Assembly: GCA_963793205.1 (NCBI GenBank)
Contig: CAWBZM010000008.1
Coordinates: 59,709-123,708, forward strand
From: an uncultured Gemmatimonadales bacterium
GTDB taxonomy: Bacteria > Gemmatimonadota > Gemmatimonadetes > Gemmatimonadales > GWC2-71-9
Length of the DNA stretch: 64,000 nucleotides
Reading direction: 5' to 3'
Position numbers and translations under genes: made by a program. Of this stretch, positions 10,554 to 20,835 are shown piece by piece (within the stretch, counting starts at the first letter, position 1; each line of letters opens with the position of its first letter). Under the pieces are notes generated by a model. The model searched no databases. It was given only the letters and a program-made list of their open reading frames with translations, and was not told the origin of the DNA.

Positions 10554-12620
10554 CTAGCGGTTGATCAGGAGAAACTCGAGCGGCGACCCTTCCACCGTCA
10601 TCCGGACCAGCCGGTGGGGGAGGGCGGTAGATACATAGAATGACACCCGCTGCGGGCCACCGTCGAGGTCGGCCCGAAACGCTTCGACCACCCCGGACGG
10701 TGTCCGCACCTGTTCGATGTTCGCCACCGTCAGTGTCTGCGTCCGGACCAGGTTCTCGCCGGAGGCGAAGACCCGGAAGGTCCAGCGACGGTTGAGGGCC
10801 CAGTCGAGCCAGGGCAGCATGGCCTGCAGCGCGTTGTCATCCAGCGTCGCGGCATCGACCGGTGCATCGACGTTGAGCGTGCGCGGGCCTTCCGGGCCGA
10901 TCACATTGGCCCGACCCTGCACTCGACCGCCGGCATACCGCAAGTCAATCCGGGTCGCCTGTCCCCGGACAGTCCCAGTCTGCTCAACGTGGCGCATCCG
11001 CCCCCGCCGGTCCAGCACCACCGTGGTGGTCTGGTTGAACTGCGGACCAAGTGACGTGCGTTCACTGTAGAGGATGGAATCACCAGCGACCGTGGTCTGA
11101 CCGACCTGGATGCCGACGACCTTGCCCTGGGCGAGGATGCCCAGTGAATCGATGCGCGAGGTGATGGCGCTGCTGTCGAACCGGAAGGGGGCCATCTTGG
11201 GCATTACATCGTCCGGCTGGAGCGTGCTGCCGTCCGCGCCGAAGATCTTGACCGGGCCCAGGGCACTGAGTGGTTGATAGAGTCGGCCCGCATCGCCCGA
11301 CACCACCAGTACCAGCGCCTTCGGGTCGAAGACGCGACGGGCCAGGGCCCGTACCGACGCCGCAGTGACCTTGTCGAGGGCCGCGTGGCTGCTGCTGTAG
11401 TACGCCAATGGCAGACCCACCAGGCGTTGCTGCGCCAGAGTCGCGGAGAGCTGGCTGACGGTCTGCACCCGCATCGCGGCGGCGCCCTTCGCCGCCTCCC
11501 GCGCCAGATCGAGCTCCCGGGCCGGGACCAGGTCGGTCCGCAGGCGCTCCAGCTGGGCCTGGATGGCCTGTACGGTGGAGTCGATCACGCCAGAGGGGGT
11601 TTCCGCGGTGATCTGAAATAGCCCCAGGTGCACGGTGCGGACGAAAACCGACTGGACGACATCGGTCCAGCCATACTGGTTGGCCAGCACCTGGCTGAGG
11701 CGGGATCCACCGGTCTCACCGAGGATCTGATTCAGGACCGCGGCCGACGCGTAGCTGGTATCGGTGCCGCTGAAGGTCGTTCCGCCGAGGACCACGCTGG
11801 CGTTGCGGGCCCCACCCTGATGCAGCAGGTAAATCGTGGTCGGGGTCGGTCCCAGTGGTGGGCTGGCGAGTGGGGCGGGCCGGACCCCTTTCCAGGTACC
11901 CAGGGTCCGCGCAATGAGCTGACGGGCAGCCGCCGGTGCGAAATCGCCGGCCACCACCAGGGTGGCTCCCGCCGGACGCACCCGCGCCCGGTAGAACGCC
12001 TGGACATCGGCCCGGGTAATGGTCCGCACCGATTGCGGGGTGGGGCGGCGTCCATACGGGTGCCGCCGATAGACACCGATCAGGAGCACCCGGTTCGCCA
12101 GCGCGGCGGGTGATTCCTGCTCCGCAGCAATGCGCGCCAGCGCTTCCTGCCGGTAGCCCTCGAGCTGGAGAGAATCCAGGGTGGGGGCCGTGACCAGGCC
12201 GCCGAGCATCGTGAGCGCCGTTTCGAGGTGGTCGCTGGTGAGGTCCACCTGCAGGGTCAGGCCGTCGGGATCGTCCGCAACCCCCAGGGAGCCACCCAGG
12301 TTTTCCACCGTCGTGGCGATCTCCACCGAAGTCCGGCCGGCGTACCCGCGCGGCAGCAGGCGGGTGAGCAGGTCGGCGGTGCCTTCCTTGCCCGGCAGGT
12401 CAAAGGCTGAGCCGGCCGGGATCGCCAGCGTGAGGGACACCACCGGCTGGCGATGCTGCTCCACCAGAATGACGCGCAGGCCATTGGGGAGGACGAGTTC
12501 GGTGCTGGCGAGTGGTGCCGCGCGGACATCGGTCAGCAGGGCGGGGGGATCCGCCGGAAGCTGGGCCGCCAGTGTGACGGGGGCGAACAGCGCTGCGAGG
12601 GCCAGGAAGCGGAGGCTCAC
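10554..12620 (-). CDS. M16 (insulinase/pitrilysin) family non-catalytic subunit with an extra C-terminal beta-rich domain
   Basis: Signal peptide; LPNGLRVILVE, PAGSAFD..GKEGTA, HPYGR..T..SV..ITR.D..AFY, LVVAGD. About 220-aa C-terminal extension. GTG start overlaps the upstream stop. Confidence 0.85.
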   Translation of the reverse strand: MSLRFLALAALFAPVTLAAQLPADPPALLTDVRAAPLASTELVLPNGLRVILVEQHRQPVVSLTLAIPAGSAFDLPGKEGTADLLTRLLPRGYAGRTSVEIATTVENLGGSLGVADDPDGLTLQVDLTSDHLETALTMLGGLVTAPTLDSLQLEGYRQEALARIAAEQESPAALANRVLLIGVYRRHPYGRRPTPQSVRTITRADVQAFYRARVRPAGATLVVAGDFAPAAARQLIARTLGTWKGVRPAPLASPPLGPTPTTIYLLHQGGARNASVVLGGTTFSGTDTSYASAAVLNQILGETGGSRLSQVLANQYGWTDVVQSVFVRTVHLGLFQITAETPSGVIDSTVQAIQAQLERLRTDLVPARELDLAREAAKGAAAMRVQTVSQLSATLAQQRLVGLPLAYYSSSHAALDKVTAASVRALARRVFDPKALVLVVSGDAGRLYQPLSALGPVKIFGADGSTLQPDDVMPKMAPFRFDSSAITSRIDSLGILAQGKVVGIQVGQTTVAGDSILYSERTSLGPQFNQTTTVVLDRRGRMRHVEQTGTVRGQATRIDLRYAGGRVQGRANVIGPEGPRTLNVDAPVDAATLDDNALQAMLPWLDWALNRRWTFRVFASGENLVRTQTLTVANIEQVRTPSGVVEAFRADLDGGPQRVSFYVSTALPHRLVRMTVEGSPLEFLLINR

Positions 12621-13969
12621 GAGGCACCTCCCGGAATCACCAGGACGGTCAGGCTGTTCTCCGATCGGAGCCACGCGGCCGCGACTCGGCGCAACTCGCC
12701 CAGCGTCAGCGCCGTGACCCGAGCCACATCGGTGTTCACCGTCTGCAGGGCGCCGCGGTAGGTCGCGGCCTGCTGCAGTTCGTCCGCCAGATCCAGAGGG
12801 CGCTCCCGCCGGCTGACGGCGGTGGCGCGGTAGATATTCTTGGCGCGCTCCAGCAGTGCCGGGGTGATCCCGTCGCCGGCGGCCCAGGCCGCCTGATCGG
12901 CGAGCAGGTGCGCCAGCGAATCGGCACCCACACCCTGAGCGCCCACCGCGAAGAGGCCGAAGCCCCCCGGTCCGGTCCGGCTGCCCAGCGGGCCGGCCTG
13001 AATCGAGCTGGCGGCGCCCGTTTCGCGCATCAGGGCGCTGGTGAGGCGGCTGCCGGTGCCCTGGCCCAGGATGACGCCCAGGAGCTCCAGCGCCGGAGTG
13101 TCCTCGTGGGAGGGGGGAGGGATGTGGTAGAAGATGCCCGCGGCGGCCCGGGCCAGCGTCGGGTCGGTGATCGCCCGGCGCGGCGCGATCGACGCGGCGG
13201 TGGGCGCGCACGCCGGGCGCGCCGGATCCGGCCCGGCCGGGATGTCGCCGAACCAGGCCGTCACCAGCGCGCGGGTTTCGGTCGGGTCGAAATTGCCGGT
13301 GATCACCAGCCGGGCGTTGCCGGGCCGGTAGTAGCGGGCAAAGAAGGCGCGGGCCGTCGCACCATCCAGCGTCGAGCTGGCGATAGCCCGGTTGACCGGC
13401 GAATGGCTGTAGCCGGGACAACCGATCGAGTCATACATCGCCGCCACCGACTCGAGGATGACACTGGTGTACGGCTCCGCGGTGAGCCGGGCCCGGAGGT
13501 CGGAGAGAAACGCCCCGCGACTGGCATTCACCGTCGTATCGTTCAGCACCACACCGCGCATCCGGTCGGCCTCAAGCCACAGCGCCTGGGGCAGGGCGGA
13601 CGCCGGCATCGTCTCGGAGAAGCGGGAGACATCCTCCTCGATGGTCGCCGAGACCCGTCCGCCAGCGAGTTCCAGCATCGTCGCGTGTCCCCCCGGCGGG
13701 ACGTGGGTCGAGCCGGCGAACATCAGGCGGTCGAACAGCCGGGCGAGACCAGCGGTAGCTGGCGTCTCATCACGAGAGCCGACGAAATACCACAGATCCA
13801 CCGCGGCGACCTCCGTCGCCCGATCCGGGGCCATGACCACCTCGAGGCCATTCGGCAGGGTGAACTGCTCGAAGGAGATCTGTCCCGAGCCCTGTGCCAG
13901 CAGCGGCGGGATCGGCAGGAACATGGACGGGAGGACAGCGAGAAGCAGGCGAGCAGGACGAAGTGTCAC
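12617..13969 (-). CDS. M16 family peptidase-like protein, HxxEH motif degenerate
   Basis: Signal peptide; FTLPNGLEVV, WYFVGSRDE, LWLEADRM, FFARYYRPGNARLVITGNFD. The zinc motif position reads RLFDR. Confidence 0.88.
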   Translation of the reverse strand: MTLRPARLLLAVLPSMFLPIPPLLAQGSGQISFEQFTLPNGLEVVMAPDRATEVAAVDLWYFVGSRDETPATAGLARLFDRLMFAGSTHVPPGGHATMLELAGGRVSATIEEDVSRFSETMPASALPQALWLEADRMRGVVLNDTTVNASRGAFLSDLRARLTAEPYTSVILESVAAMYDSIGCPGYSHSPVNRAIASSTLDGATARAFFARYYRPGNARLVITGNFDPTETRALVTAWFGDIPAGPDPARPACAPTAASIAPRRAITDPTLARAAAGIFYHIPPPSHEDTPALELLGVILGQGTGSRLTSALMRETGAASSIQAGPLGSRTGPGGFGLFAVGAQGVGADSLAHLLADQAAWAAGDGITPALLERAKNIYRATAVSRRERPLDLADELQQAATYRGALQTVNTDVARVTALTLGELRRVAAAWLRSENSLTVLVIPGGAS

Positions 13970-14057
13970 GCGGAATCAGAACCTGTGCGGGAAATCAGAG
14001 CGCCGGCCAGCGGCAGAGTGGAGGGAAGCTAGCGGTCGATCCGCCTCTCCGCGACTC

Positions 14058-14732
14058 CTAACCTGCGAGGTGACGGATACGGTCAGGGTAATTGCCACAG
14101 ATGCCGTCGACACCGAGGGCAATGAGCCGGCGAATCTCCTCGTCTTCGTTCGCGGTCCACGCGATGACCTCCCGTCCATCCTCGTGCAGATCTGCAACCA
14201 GGTCGGCATCGATGAGTGACGCCTCCATCCACAGGGTGTCCGCGCCGGAAGAGTGCAGGATGTGGCTGTTGTCCAGTAGATAGGCGGACAGCAGCAACCC
14301 GCGTCGCAGGCTGGGACATTGTTCCCCCAACCGCAGGATGATCCGGTGATCGAAGCTGTGGACGCCACAACAGGTCGCGGCGGTGGCGCCCTCCAGCGCA
14401 GCGAACAGGTGGCCATCCCATTCGGCGGCCAGCGTCTTCAACTCCACCCAGACGTCCTGCCCGTCGCACACCGCCAGGGTTTCGGCGAGCGTCGGGATCG
14501 GTTCCCCGTTGGGCAGGCGATAGGACTGCAGGGCCGACTGTGGGAGCCGGCTGATCACGCCGATGCCGGGGACGTACGGATCATGGTGGACCATCAGGGC
14601 ACCGTCCGCCGTCGAGTGGATATCCAGCTCGATGCCGTCACTGCCCAGCTCGATCGACTTCCGGAACGCTGCCAGCGAGTTCTCGTGGGCATGCCCGGAC
14701 GCGCCTCGATGGCCGATGACCCGTGGTGCCAT
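14058..14732 (-). CDS. Glycerophosphodiester phosphodiesterase
   Basis: VIGHRGA....ENSLAAF, GIELDIH.TADG.L.V.HD, IPTL.E.L, ELK, WTAN, GVDGI. Confidence 0.92.
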   Translation of the reverse strand: MAPRVIGHRGASGHAHENSLAAFRKSIELGSDGIELDIHSTADGALMVHHDPYVPGIGVISRLPQSALQSYRLPNGEPIPTLAETLAVCDGQDVWVELKTLAAEWDGHLFAALEGATAATCCGVHSFDHRIILRLGEQCPSLRRGLLLSAYLLDNSHILHSSGADTLWMEASLIDADLVADLHEDGREVIAWTANEDEEIRRLIALGVDGICGNYPDRIRHLAG

Positions 14733-14745
14733 GTCCCCTCCCGTT

Positions 14746-15945
14746 CTAGTCGAGGCGTTCCACCAGCAGGGCGATACCCTGGCCCACGCCGATACACATG
14801 CTGGCGAGCCCGTAGCGGCCACCGGTGCGGCGGAGACCGTGGAGCAGCGTGGTCAGGATCCTGGCGCCGCTGGCGCCCAGCGGGTGACCGAGGGCGATCG
14901 CCCCGCCGGAGATATTGACCCGCGCCGGGTCCAGCGACAGCTCGCGAATGCAGGCAATCGACTGCGCCGCGAAGGCCTCGTTGAGCTCGACCAGGTCGAT
15001 CGCGCTGACGGCGACGCCCGTGCGGTCCAGCAGTTTGCGGATCGCGGGCACTGGTCCGATGCCCATCACCGACGGATCCACTCCGGCCACCGCACTCCCG
15101 ACAATCCGGGCGAGGGGCCGCTGACCCAGCTCCCGGGCCGCCTCCGCCGTGAGCACCGTCAGGGCGGCGGCGCCATCATTGATCCCGCTTGAGGTCGCCG
15201 CCGTCACGGTGCCGTCTTTCAGGAACGCCGGCTTCATCCGGGCCAGCCCTTCCAGCGTGACACCGGCGCGTGGGTGTTCATCCACCGTCACCCGGGTCAC
15301 TCCACCTTTGCCATCCGGGACATCCACCGGGATCAGCTCGTCGGCGAAGTGGTCGGCCGCGATCGCCGCCTGGGTCCGCCGCTGGCTCTCGACTGCGAAG
15401 GCGTCCTGCTCGGCCCGGGTGATCCCGTACCGTTGGGCGACCCGCTCTGCCGTCTCACCCAGCGCGATGGTCCAGTCCCGGGGCATTCTGGGATTGATGA
15501 ACCGCCAGCCGACCGTCGTGTCAGCGACAACCGGGGGCGTCCGGTTCCAGGCGCTTCCGCTCTTGAGCTGCACATAGGGCGCCCGGGTCATGCTCTCCAC
15601 TCCGCCCGCGATGAACACACTGCCCTCGCCGGACCGGGCCGCCTGGGCGGCGCTGGCGACCGCCTGGAGGCCCGACCCGCAGAGTCGGTTAACCGTCTGG
15701 CCGGGGACCTCGACCGGCACACCCGCCAGGAGGGCCGCCATCCGGGCCACATTACGGTTGTCTTCGCCCGCCTGGTTGCTGCACCCGAAGATCACGTCTT
15801 CCACCCGGTCCACCGGCAGGGCACAGCGGTCCAGCAGGCCTCGGATGGCGGTGGCTGCCAGATCATCTGGCCGGATATCGGCCAGCGTACCACCGGCCCG
15901 GCCAATGGGGGTGCGAATGGCAGCAGTAATGACGACGTCGGTCAC
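14746..15945 (-). CDS. Acetyl-CoA C-acyltransferase (thiolase, PcaF/PaaJ-like)
   Basis: [48 protein letters not shown]. Confidence 0.95.
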   Translation of the reverse strand: MTDVVITAAIRTPIGRAGGTLADIRPDDLAATAIRGLLDRCALPVDRVEDVIFGCSNQAGEDNRNVARMAALLAGVPVEVPGQTVNRLCGSGLQAVASAAQAARSGEGSVFIAGGVESMTRAPYVQLKSGSAWNRTPPVVADTTVGWRFINPRMPRDWTIALGETAERVAQRYGITRAEQDAFAVESQRRTQAAIAADHFADELIPVDVPDGKGGVTRVTVDEHPRAGVTLEGLARMKPAFLKDGTVTAATSSGINDGAAALTVLTAEAARELGQRPLARIVGSAVAGVDPSVMGIGPVPAIRKLLDRTGVAVSAIDLVELNEAFAAQSIACIRELSLDPARVNISGGAIALGHPLGASGARILTTLLHGLRRTGGRYGLASMCIGVGQGIALLVERLD

Positions 15946-16026
15946 GGGAAATCCTGGTGAAATCGAGGCTGGAAATGTACCCGGTCGGGCTATCGCCCGG
16001 GCCACTATCCAATGGAGACAGGCGAA

Positions 16027-16052
16027 CTTAACATCTCCCGAGCCGCCACGTC
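16027..16052 (+). promoter_or_regulatory. Putative autoregulatory ECF promoter
   Basis: CTTAAC-N16-CGTC directly upstream of the ECF sigma ATG at 16066. Confidence 0.4.
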
Positions 16053-16065
16053 TTCCTGTGTAACG

Positions 16066-16617
16066 ATGCCTCTGCCTGCCGTGCCCCCCGATTCCGCGGC
16101 GGATGCCGACCTCGTCCGTGCCTGGCGCGGGGGGGACGAACGCGGGGCTACCCTGCTGGTTAGTCGGCATGCCCAGGCGATCACCCGGTTCCTGCTGTCG
16201 GCGGGGGCCGAAGCCGGGGAGGCCGATGACCTGGTCCAGGAGACCTTCATCCGGGCCTTTCGGGGGCTGGATGGGTGGCGGGGGGAGGCGGCTTTTCGCA
16301 GCTGGCTTTTCACTATTGCCAGCAACCTCTTGCGGGACCAGTATCGGCGGCGCAAAGGGCGGGTCATGGTCGCCCTGGAGGACCAGCCGCTGACTGCCGG
16401 GGACGATCCGGCGGCCGAGCTGGCAGGACGGGAGGCGGAACGCCAGTTAAGTGCCGGGCTGGAGACCCTGCCGCGACTGCAGCGGGAGGTCTTCCTGCTC
16501 CGGGCGCAGCAGGGCCTGGATTATGACAGCATCGCCGAGGCGCTGTCGACCACTCCGGGCGCTGCCCGGGTCCACTATCACCACGCGGTGAAGCGGTTGA
16601 AGGAGCTGATGGCATGA
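16066..16617 (+). CDS. ECF RNA polymerase sigma factor
   Basis: Region 2 '[13 protein letters not shown]...[10 protein letters not shown]'; region 4 '[12 protein letters not shown]...[11 protein letters not shown]'. Confidence 0.92.
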   Translation: MPLPAVPPDSAADADLVRAWRGGDERGATLLVSRHAQAITRFLLSAGAEAGEADDLVQETFIRAFRGLDGWRGEAAFRSWLFTIASNLLRDQYRRRKGRVMVALEDQPLTAGDDPAAELAGREAERQLSAGLETLPRLQREVFLLRAQQGLDYDSIAEALSTTPGAARVHYHHAVKRLKELMA

Positions 16618-17154
16618 CCATGATCGAGTGCGGAACCCTGCAGGAGCGCATGCCGGAGGTGGCGGCCGGTGCCGCGCGCGTGGACGCCGGCCGAAACGGC
16701 GCACCTCGCTTCCTGCGGCGAGTGTACCCTGGAGTGGCGCCTGATCCAGGCGGCCCGGCACCATGGGGACGCCCGGGTGGTGCGGGTCGATGCCGCAACG
16801 GTGGCCAGCCGGGTGGTCACCCGGCTGCGGGCGGAGCAGGGGCAGGCCCGTTGGCGCCGGAGGTTATGGGTCACCGGACTCGCGGCGGCGGCCGTCGTCG
16901 TTCTGGTAGTGCGGACCGCGTTCCCCACTGGTGACCGGGGCGCCATTATCGACTCGACCGCGCTTGCTGTGGCGGCGCCGGCCAGTACTGCGTTCCCGAT
17001 GGCAGAGCTGGATGCGCTGTCCGCCGATCAGCTCGAAGCGGTCCTGGATCACCTCAACGGTGCCGCGGCGAATGCCCCCACGGGGGAGATCCCCTTGCTG
17101 GGCGATCTGGATGATCAACAACTGGAGCGCGTTCTGCGCTCGCTGGAGGGCTGA
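16614..17154 (+). CDS. Zinc-finger (ZAS-type) membrane anti-sigma factor (one frameshift near 16675)
   Basis: ATGA-coupled to the sigma gene; MTMIEC.. joined to AHLASCGEC (Hx3Cx2C), then one TM helix. Confidence 0.8.
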
Positions 17155-17645
17155 TGCGTCGCACGTGGCTTTTACTCGGTGGGCTCCTGCTGACCAGCGG
17201 CACGCTTGCCGCCCAGGGGACGGATGACGATGGGGCGCGTGCCGGCCTCCTGCGCCAGCAGATCGAGGAGCGGTTCACGGCCCGGGTGCAGGAAGACCTC
17301 GGCCTGAACGACAAGCAGACCGCCCGCCTCCGGAGCGTGGCCCGGGATTACTTCGGCAAGCGACGGGATTTTGAGGCCGAAGAGCGGCGGCTGCGGCAGG
17401 CCCTGGCCGGAGAACTGCGTCCCGGCGTCGCCGCCAACAACGATCGGGTGGCGCAGCTGACGGACCAGATCCTGGCCAACAAGGTGCGCTATGTCCAATC
17501 CTATCAGGATGAGATGAAGGAGCTGCGCACATTTCTCACCCCGGTGCAGTGTGCCCAGTTCCTCGCCCTGCGGGAACGGCTGCTCGATCGCGTGAAGGAA
17601 GTGCAGGAGAACGCGCCCAGACGGCGACTGTTGCGGAATCCATAG
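17154..17645 (+). CDS. Spy/CpxP-like periplasmic helical protein
   Basis: Signal peptide; LGLNDKQ and FLTPVQ (LTxxQ-like) motifs; third gene of a sigma/anti-sigma operon. Confidence 0.7.
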   Translation: MRRTWLLLGGLLLTSGTLAAQGTDDDGARAGLLRQQIEERFTARVQEDLGLNDKQTARLRSVARDYFGKRRDFEAEERRLRQALAGELRPGVAANNDRVAQLTDQILANKVRYVQSYQDEMKELRTFLTPVQCAQFLALRERLLDRVKEVQENAPRRRLLRNP

Positions 17646-17745
17646 CAGGAGAGTCACGAGTCTCGGGTGGGTGGTCGCGAATCGCCGGACCCCGGGCCGT
17701 GCACCCGCGACTTCCGACTCGCGACTTGTGACTCGCGACTCCTGC
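17646..17745. repeat. Inverted 7-bp repeat arms (GAGTCRC / GACTCGC)
   Basis: gcaggagagtcacgagtc... and ...gactcgcgacttgtgactcgcgactcctgc can pair as a long imperfect stem. Confidence 0.75.
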
Positions 17746-17812
17746 CTCACCCGATAGCGCCCAACCCTCCATTCCGCTAGCATTCTCCTACCGTTCTTGT
17801 CAGGAGTTTGCG

Positions 17813-19138
17813 ATGACGATTCCCGCCGGTGTCCGGCAGCTTGTGCTTGCCCTGAGCGCCGCAGGCGCGCTGCAGGCCCAGCAGCCATCGGTCGTGTATC
17901 GGCTTGATGTGCAGGGAACCATCGAGAACGGCCTGGCCCCCTACATCGCCCGCGGCGTCCGCGAAGCCAACGCGAGTGGGGCGGCCGCCATCTACCTGGA
18001 CATCGATACGCCCGGTGGCCGGGTCGATGCGGCGGAGCGCATCGCTGATGCCATCCGGTCGTCCAGCATTCCGGTCTACGCCTTCGTGAATCCCCGTGCC
18101 TATAGCGCCGGGGCGCTCATCGCGTTGGCCACCGACGGCATCTACATGCGCAGTGGCGCGGTCCTGGGTGCGGCGACGCCAGTCGACGGATCCGGCACCA
18201 AGGCGCCCGAGAAGTACGTCAGCGCCATGCGGGCCGAGTTCCGGGCGCTGGCCGAGGAACAGGGGCTGGACCCGAGGATCGCGGAGGCGATGGTGGATGA
18301 GAGTCTCGGCGCACCAGGGCTCGCCGAACCGGGCAAGCTGGTCACGCTGAGCACCTCCGAAGCGCTCCGGGTCGGGTATGCCAAGGGCCTGGTAGAGAAC
18401 GAAGCCGCCCTGCTGGCGACCGTCGGGCTGGCGGGCGCCACCACTCACGTGGTCGAAATCAACTGGGCCGAGACCGTGGTCCGGTTCCTGACTGGCCCGA
18501 TTGTCTCCTCGCTGTTGCTGTCCGTCGGTGTCCTGGCACTGCTGGCCGAGATCAAGACCGGGGCCCACGGCCTGGGGCTGCTGGTGGGCTTTACCTCGTT
18601 GGGGATGTTCTTCGGGTCCAGTGTGCTGATCGGATTGGCGGGTATGGAAGAAGTCATTCTGCTGGGCCTCGGAGTGATCGCAGTGGCCGTTGAAGTCTTC
18701 CTGTTGCCGGGGTTTGGTATTGCGGGTATCCTCGGCGCGCTGCTGATCGGGGCCAGCATGGTGCTCGCCATGCTGGGCAGCTTCCCCACCGGAGCGGACG
18801 TGATCCGGGCACTCGCGGTGCTGGGGGCCAGCATGATCATCACGCTGGCGATCGGCATCTCGTGGCTGCGCCACCTGCCCAACAGCAAGCGGTTCAGTGG
18901 CCTGATTCACCTGGACACCGCCCAGTCCGGTGAGGGCTATGTCTCGGCGCTGCCGCGCGGCGACCTGATCGGGAAGTCGGGCGAGGCGATGACCGATCTG
19001 CGACCGGCAGGTGTCGCCACCGTGAATGGCGAACGCATTGATGTTGTGACCGAGGGCGAGTACATCAGCACAGGCGCCCGGGTGGAAGTGGTGCGGGCCG
19101 AGGGCTACCGGCACGTCGTCCGGCTGGCCAGAGACTAA
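17813..19138 (+). CDS. nfeD: NfeD family membrane protein (ClpP-class protease domain, TM region, OB fold; YqeZ-like)
   Basis: DTPGGRVDAA, AYSAGALIALA, GAATP, EK; C-terminal TDLRPAG....GERIDVVTEGEYI. Confidence 0.92.
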   Translation: MTIPAGVRQLVLALSAAGALQAQQPSVVYRLDVQGTIENGLAPYIARGVREANASGAAAIYLDIDTPGGRVDAAERIADAIRSSSIPVYAFVNPRAYSAGALIALATDGIYMRSGAVLGAATPVDGSGTKAPEKYVSAMRAEFRALAEEQGLDPRIAEAMVDESLGAPGLAEPGKLVTLSTSEALRVGYAKGLVENEAALLATVGLAGATTHVVEINWAETVVRFLTGPIVSSLLLSVGVLALLAEIKTGAHGLGLLVGFTSLGMFFGSSVLIGLAGMEEVILLGLGVIAVAVEVFLLPGFGIAGILGALLIGASMVLAMLGSFPTGADVIRALAVLGASMIITLAIGISWLRHLPNSKRFSGLIHLDTAQSGEGYVSALPRGDLIGKSGEAMTDLRPAGVATVNGERIDVVTEGEYISTGARVEVVRAEGYRHVVRLARD

Positions 19139-19153
19139 CAGGGAGGTCGTACC

Positions 19154-20155
19154 GTGGAAGATTTTGGCGCGCTCGCTCCGGGACTGATCCTGGCGTTGTT
19201 CTTCATCGGTTTCATCGTGCTGGTGATCTTCTTCCGGTTTATTCCAATCGGACTGTGGATCACGGCGTGGGCGTCAGGCGTCCGCGTGTCGTTCCTCACG
19301 CTGTTCGGCATGCGGTTCCGCAAGGTGAATCCGGCCAACATCGTCAACCCGCTGATCAATGCCCACAAGGCGGGGCTGAGCGTTCCGATCAATGACCTTG
19401 AAGGCCACTACCTGGCCGGCGGCAACGTGGAGCGGGTGGTGCGAGCGCTGATTTCGGCTGACAAGGCGGGCATTCCGCTCACGCTGAAGCAGGCCACGGC
19501 CATCGACCTCGCCGGGCGCGATGTCTTCGAAGCGGTGCAGGTGAGTGTGAATCCGAAGGTCATCACGACGCCGAAGATCGCGGCGATGGCCAAGGACGGG
19601 ATTCAGCTGCTGGCGCTGGCCCGGGTGACGGTGCGCGCCAACATCAACCGGCTGGTCGGTGGTGCCGGTGAGGAGACCATTCTCGCCCGGGTGGGTGAAG
19701 GCATCGTCAGCACCATTGGCTCGGCCACGAGCCACAAGGCGGTGCTCGAGAATCCCGATATGATCTCGAAGACGGTACTCGCGAAGGGCCTCGATGCCGG
19801 TACCGCGTTCGAGATCCTGTCGATCGACATTGCGGATGTCGATGTCGGCAAGAACATCGGTGCCGAACTCCAGACCGACCAGGCCGAAGCCGACAAGCGC
19901 ATCGCCCAGGCCAAGGCCGAAGAGCGCCGCGCACTCGCGGTGGCGATGGAGCAGGAGTTCAAGGCCGAGGCCCAGAAGCAGCGGGCCGGTGTTATCGCGG
20001 CCGAGGCCCAGATTCCGCTCGCAATTGCCGATGCGTTCCGGAGCGGAAACCTTGGCGTGATGGACTACCAGCGCTATCGCAACCTGCAGGCCGACACCTC
20101 GATGCGAACGGCGATCGCCGGGCAGACCGACACCGGCACCAGCGGCGCCAGCTGA
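19154..20155 (+). CDS. floA: Flotillin-like protein FloA (YqfA)
   Basis: [77 protein letters not shown]. Confidence 0.95.
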   Translation: MEDFGALAPGLILALFFIGFIVLVIFFRFIPIGLWITAWASGVRVSFLTLFGMRFRKVNPANIVNPLINAHKAGLSVPINDLEGHYLAGGNVERVVRALISADKAGIPLTLKQATAIDLAGRDVFEAVQVSVNPKVITTPKIAAMAKDGIQLLALARVTVRANINRLVGGAGEETILARVGEGIVSTIGSATSHKAVLENPDMISKTVLAKGLDAGTAFEILSIDIADVDVGKNIGAELQTDQAEADKRIAQAKAEERRALAVAMEQEFKAEAQKQRAGVIAAEAQIPLAIADAFRSGNLGVMDYQRYRNLQADTSMRTAIAGQTDTGTSGAS

Positions 20156-20835
20156 TGGACGGGGTCCGCTCCGCCGCGAGCCTCGAAGGGCTCATCATCT
20201 TCGGGGCGATCTACTTCTTCCTGAACCTGATGGCCAAGGCGGGAAAGAAAAAGGAGGCGCCTCGGACAGACGGCGAAATACTACGCGCCGGTGCCACGGA
20301 GGAGGATACCGGGCTTTCGCTGCAGAAAGTGCTGCGGGAGATCCAGCGGGCCAAAGAGCGGGCTGAGGCGGAGCAGACCGCGGCCAGGGCGGCCAGACCG
20401 GCAGCTCAACCTCGGGGTGAGCGCGTGCGTCAGCCGCGGCCGGAGCGTGCCCCGAGGAGTAAACTGAATGCGGAGGAGCGGGGGCCACTGGGGCGCCACA
20501 GCCTGACTCGGCTGCCCGCGGCTGAAGAGGTGGAGGACCGGACCTCCCTCGAATCCGGGTCGCGCGAGGTGGCGCTACGGATCCAGAACCTCGACAACCG
20601 CACCCGGGATGTGGTCGATCTGGATGATGAGGCGGAAGAGGCGGTGCAGCGGCGCCTCGCCTGGGCTGCGGCGCGGAATCGGGAGCATCGCGCGGTCGAT
20701 CACCAGGGCTTCGATGCGAAGATTCGCGAGCCCGCGGCGGCTGACCCGGTGGTCCGTCGGTTCAGCCCCAGCCAGATGCGCGACGCCTTTGTGTGGCGGG
20801 AAATCCTCGGCCCGCCCAGGAGCCTCGAGGAGTAG
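20155..20835 (+). CDS. YqfB-like membrane-anchored protein
   Basis: N-terminal TM helix, charged middle, C-terminal 'AFVWREILGPPRS'; third gene of the nfeD-floA operon. Confidence 0.7.
   Translation: MDGVRSAASLEGLIIFGAIYFFLNLMAKAGKKKEAPRTDGEILRAGATEEDTGLSLQKVLREIQRAKERAEAEQTAARAARPAAQPRGERVRQPRPERAPRSKLNAEERGPLGRHSLTRLPAAEEVEDRTSLESGSREVALRIQNLDNRTRDVVDLDDEAEEAVQRRLAWAAARNREHRAVDHQGFDAKIREPAAADPVVRRFSPSQMRDAFVWREILGPPRSLEE

Noticed and set aside
12621-13421. N-terminal extensions in the ORF track (955-aa M16, 561-aa amidohydrolase, 519-aa CoaBC, 580-aa S41)
   Set aside because: They overlap upstream genes or promoters; true starts are marked by signal peptides and stop/start overlaps.
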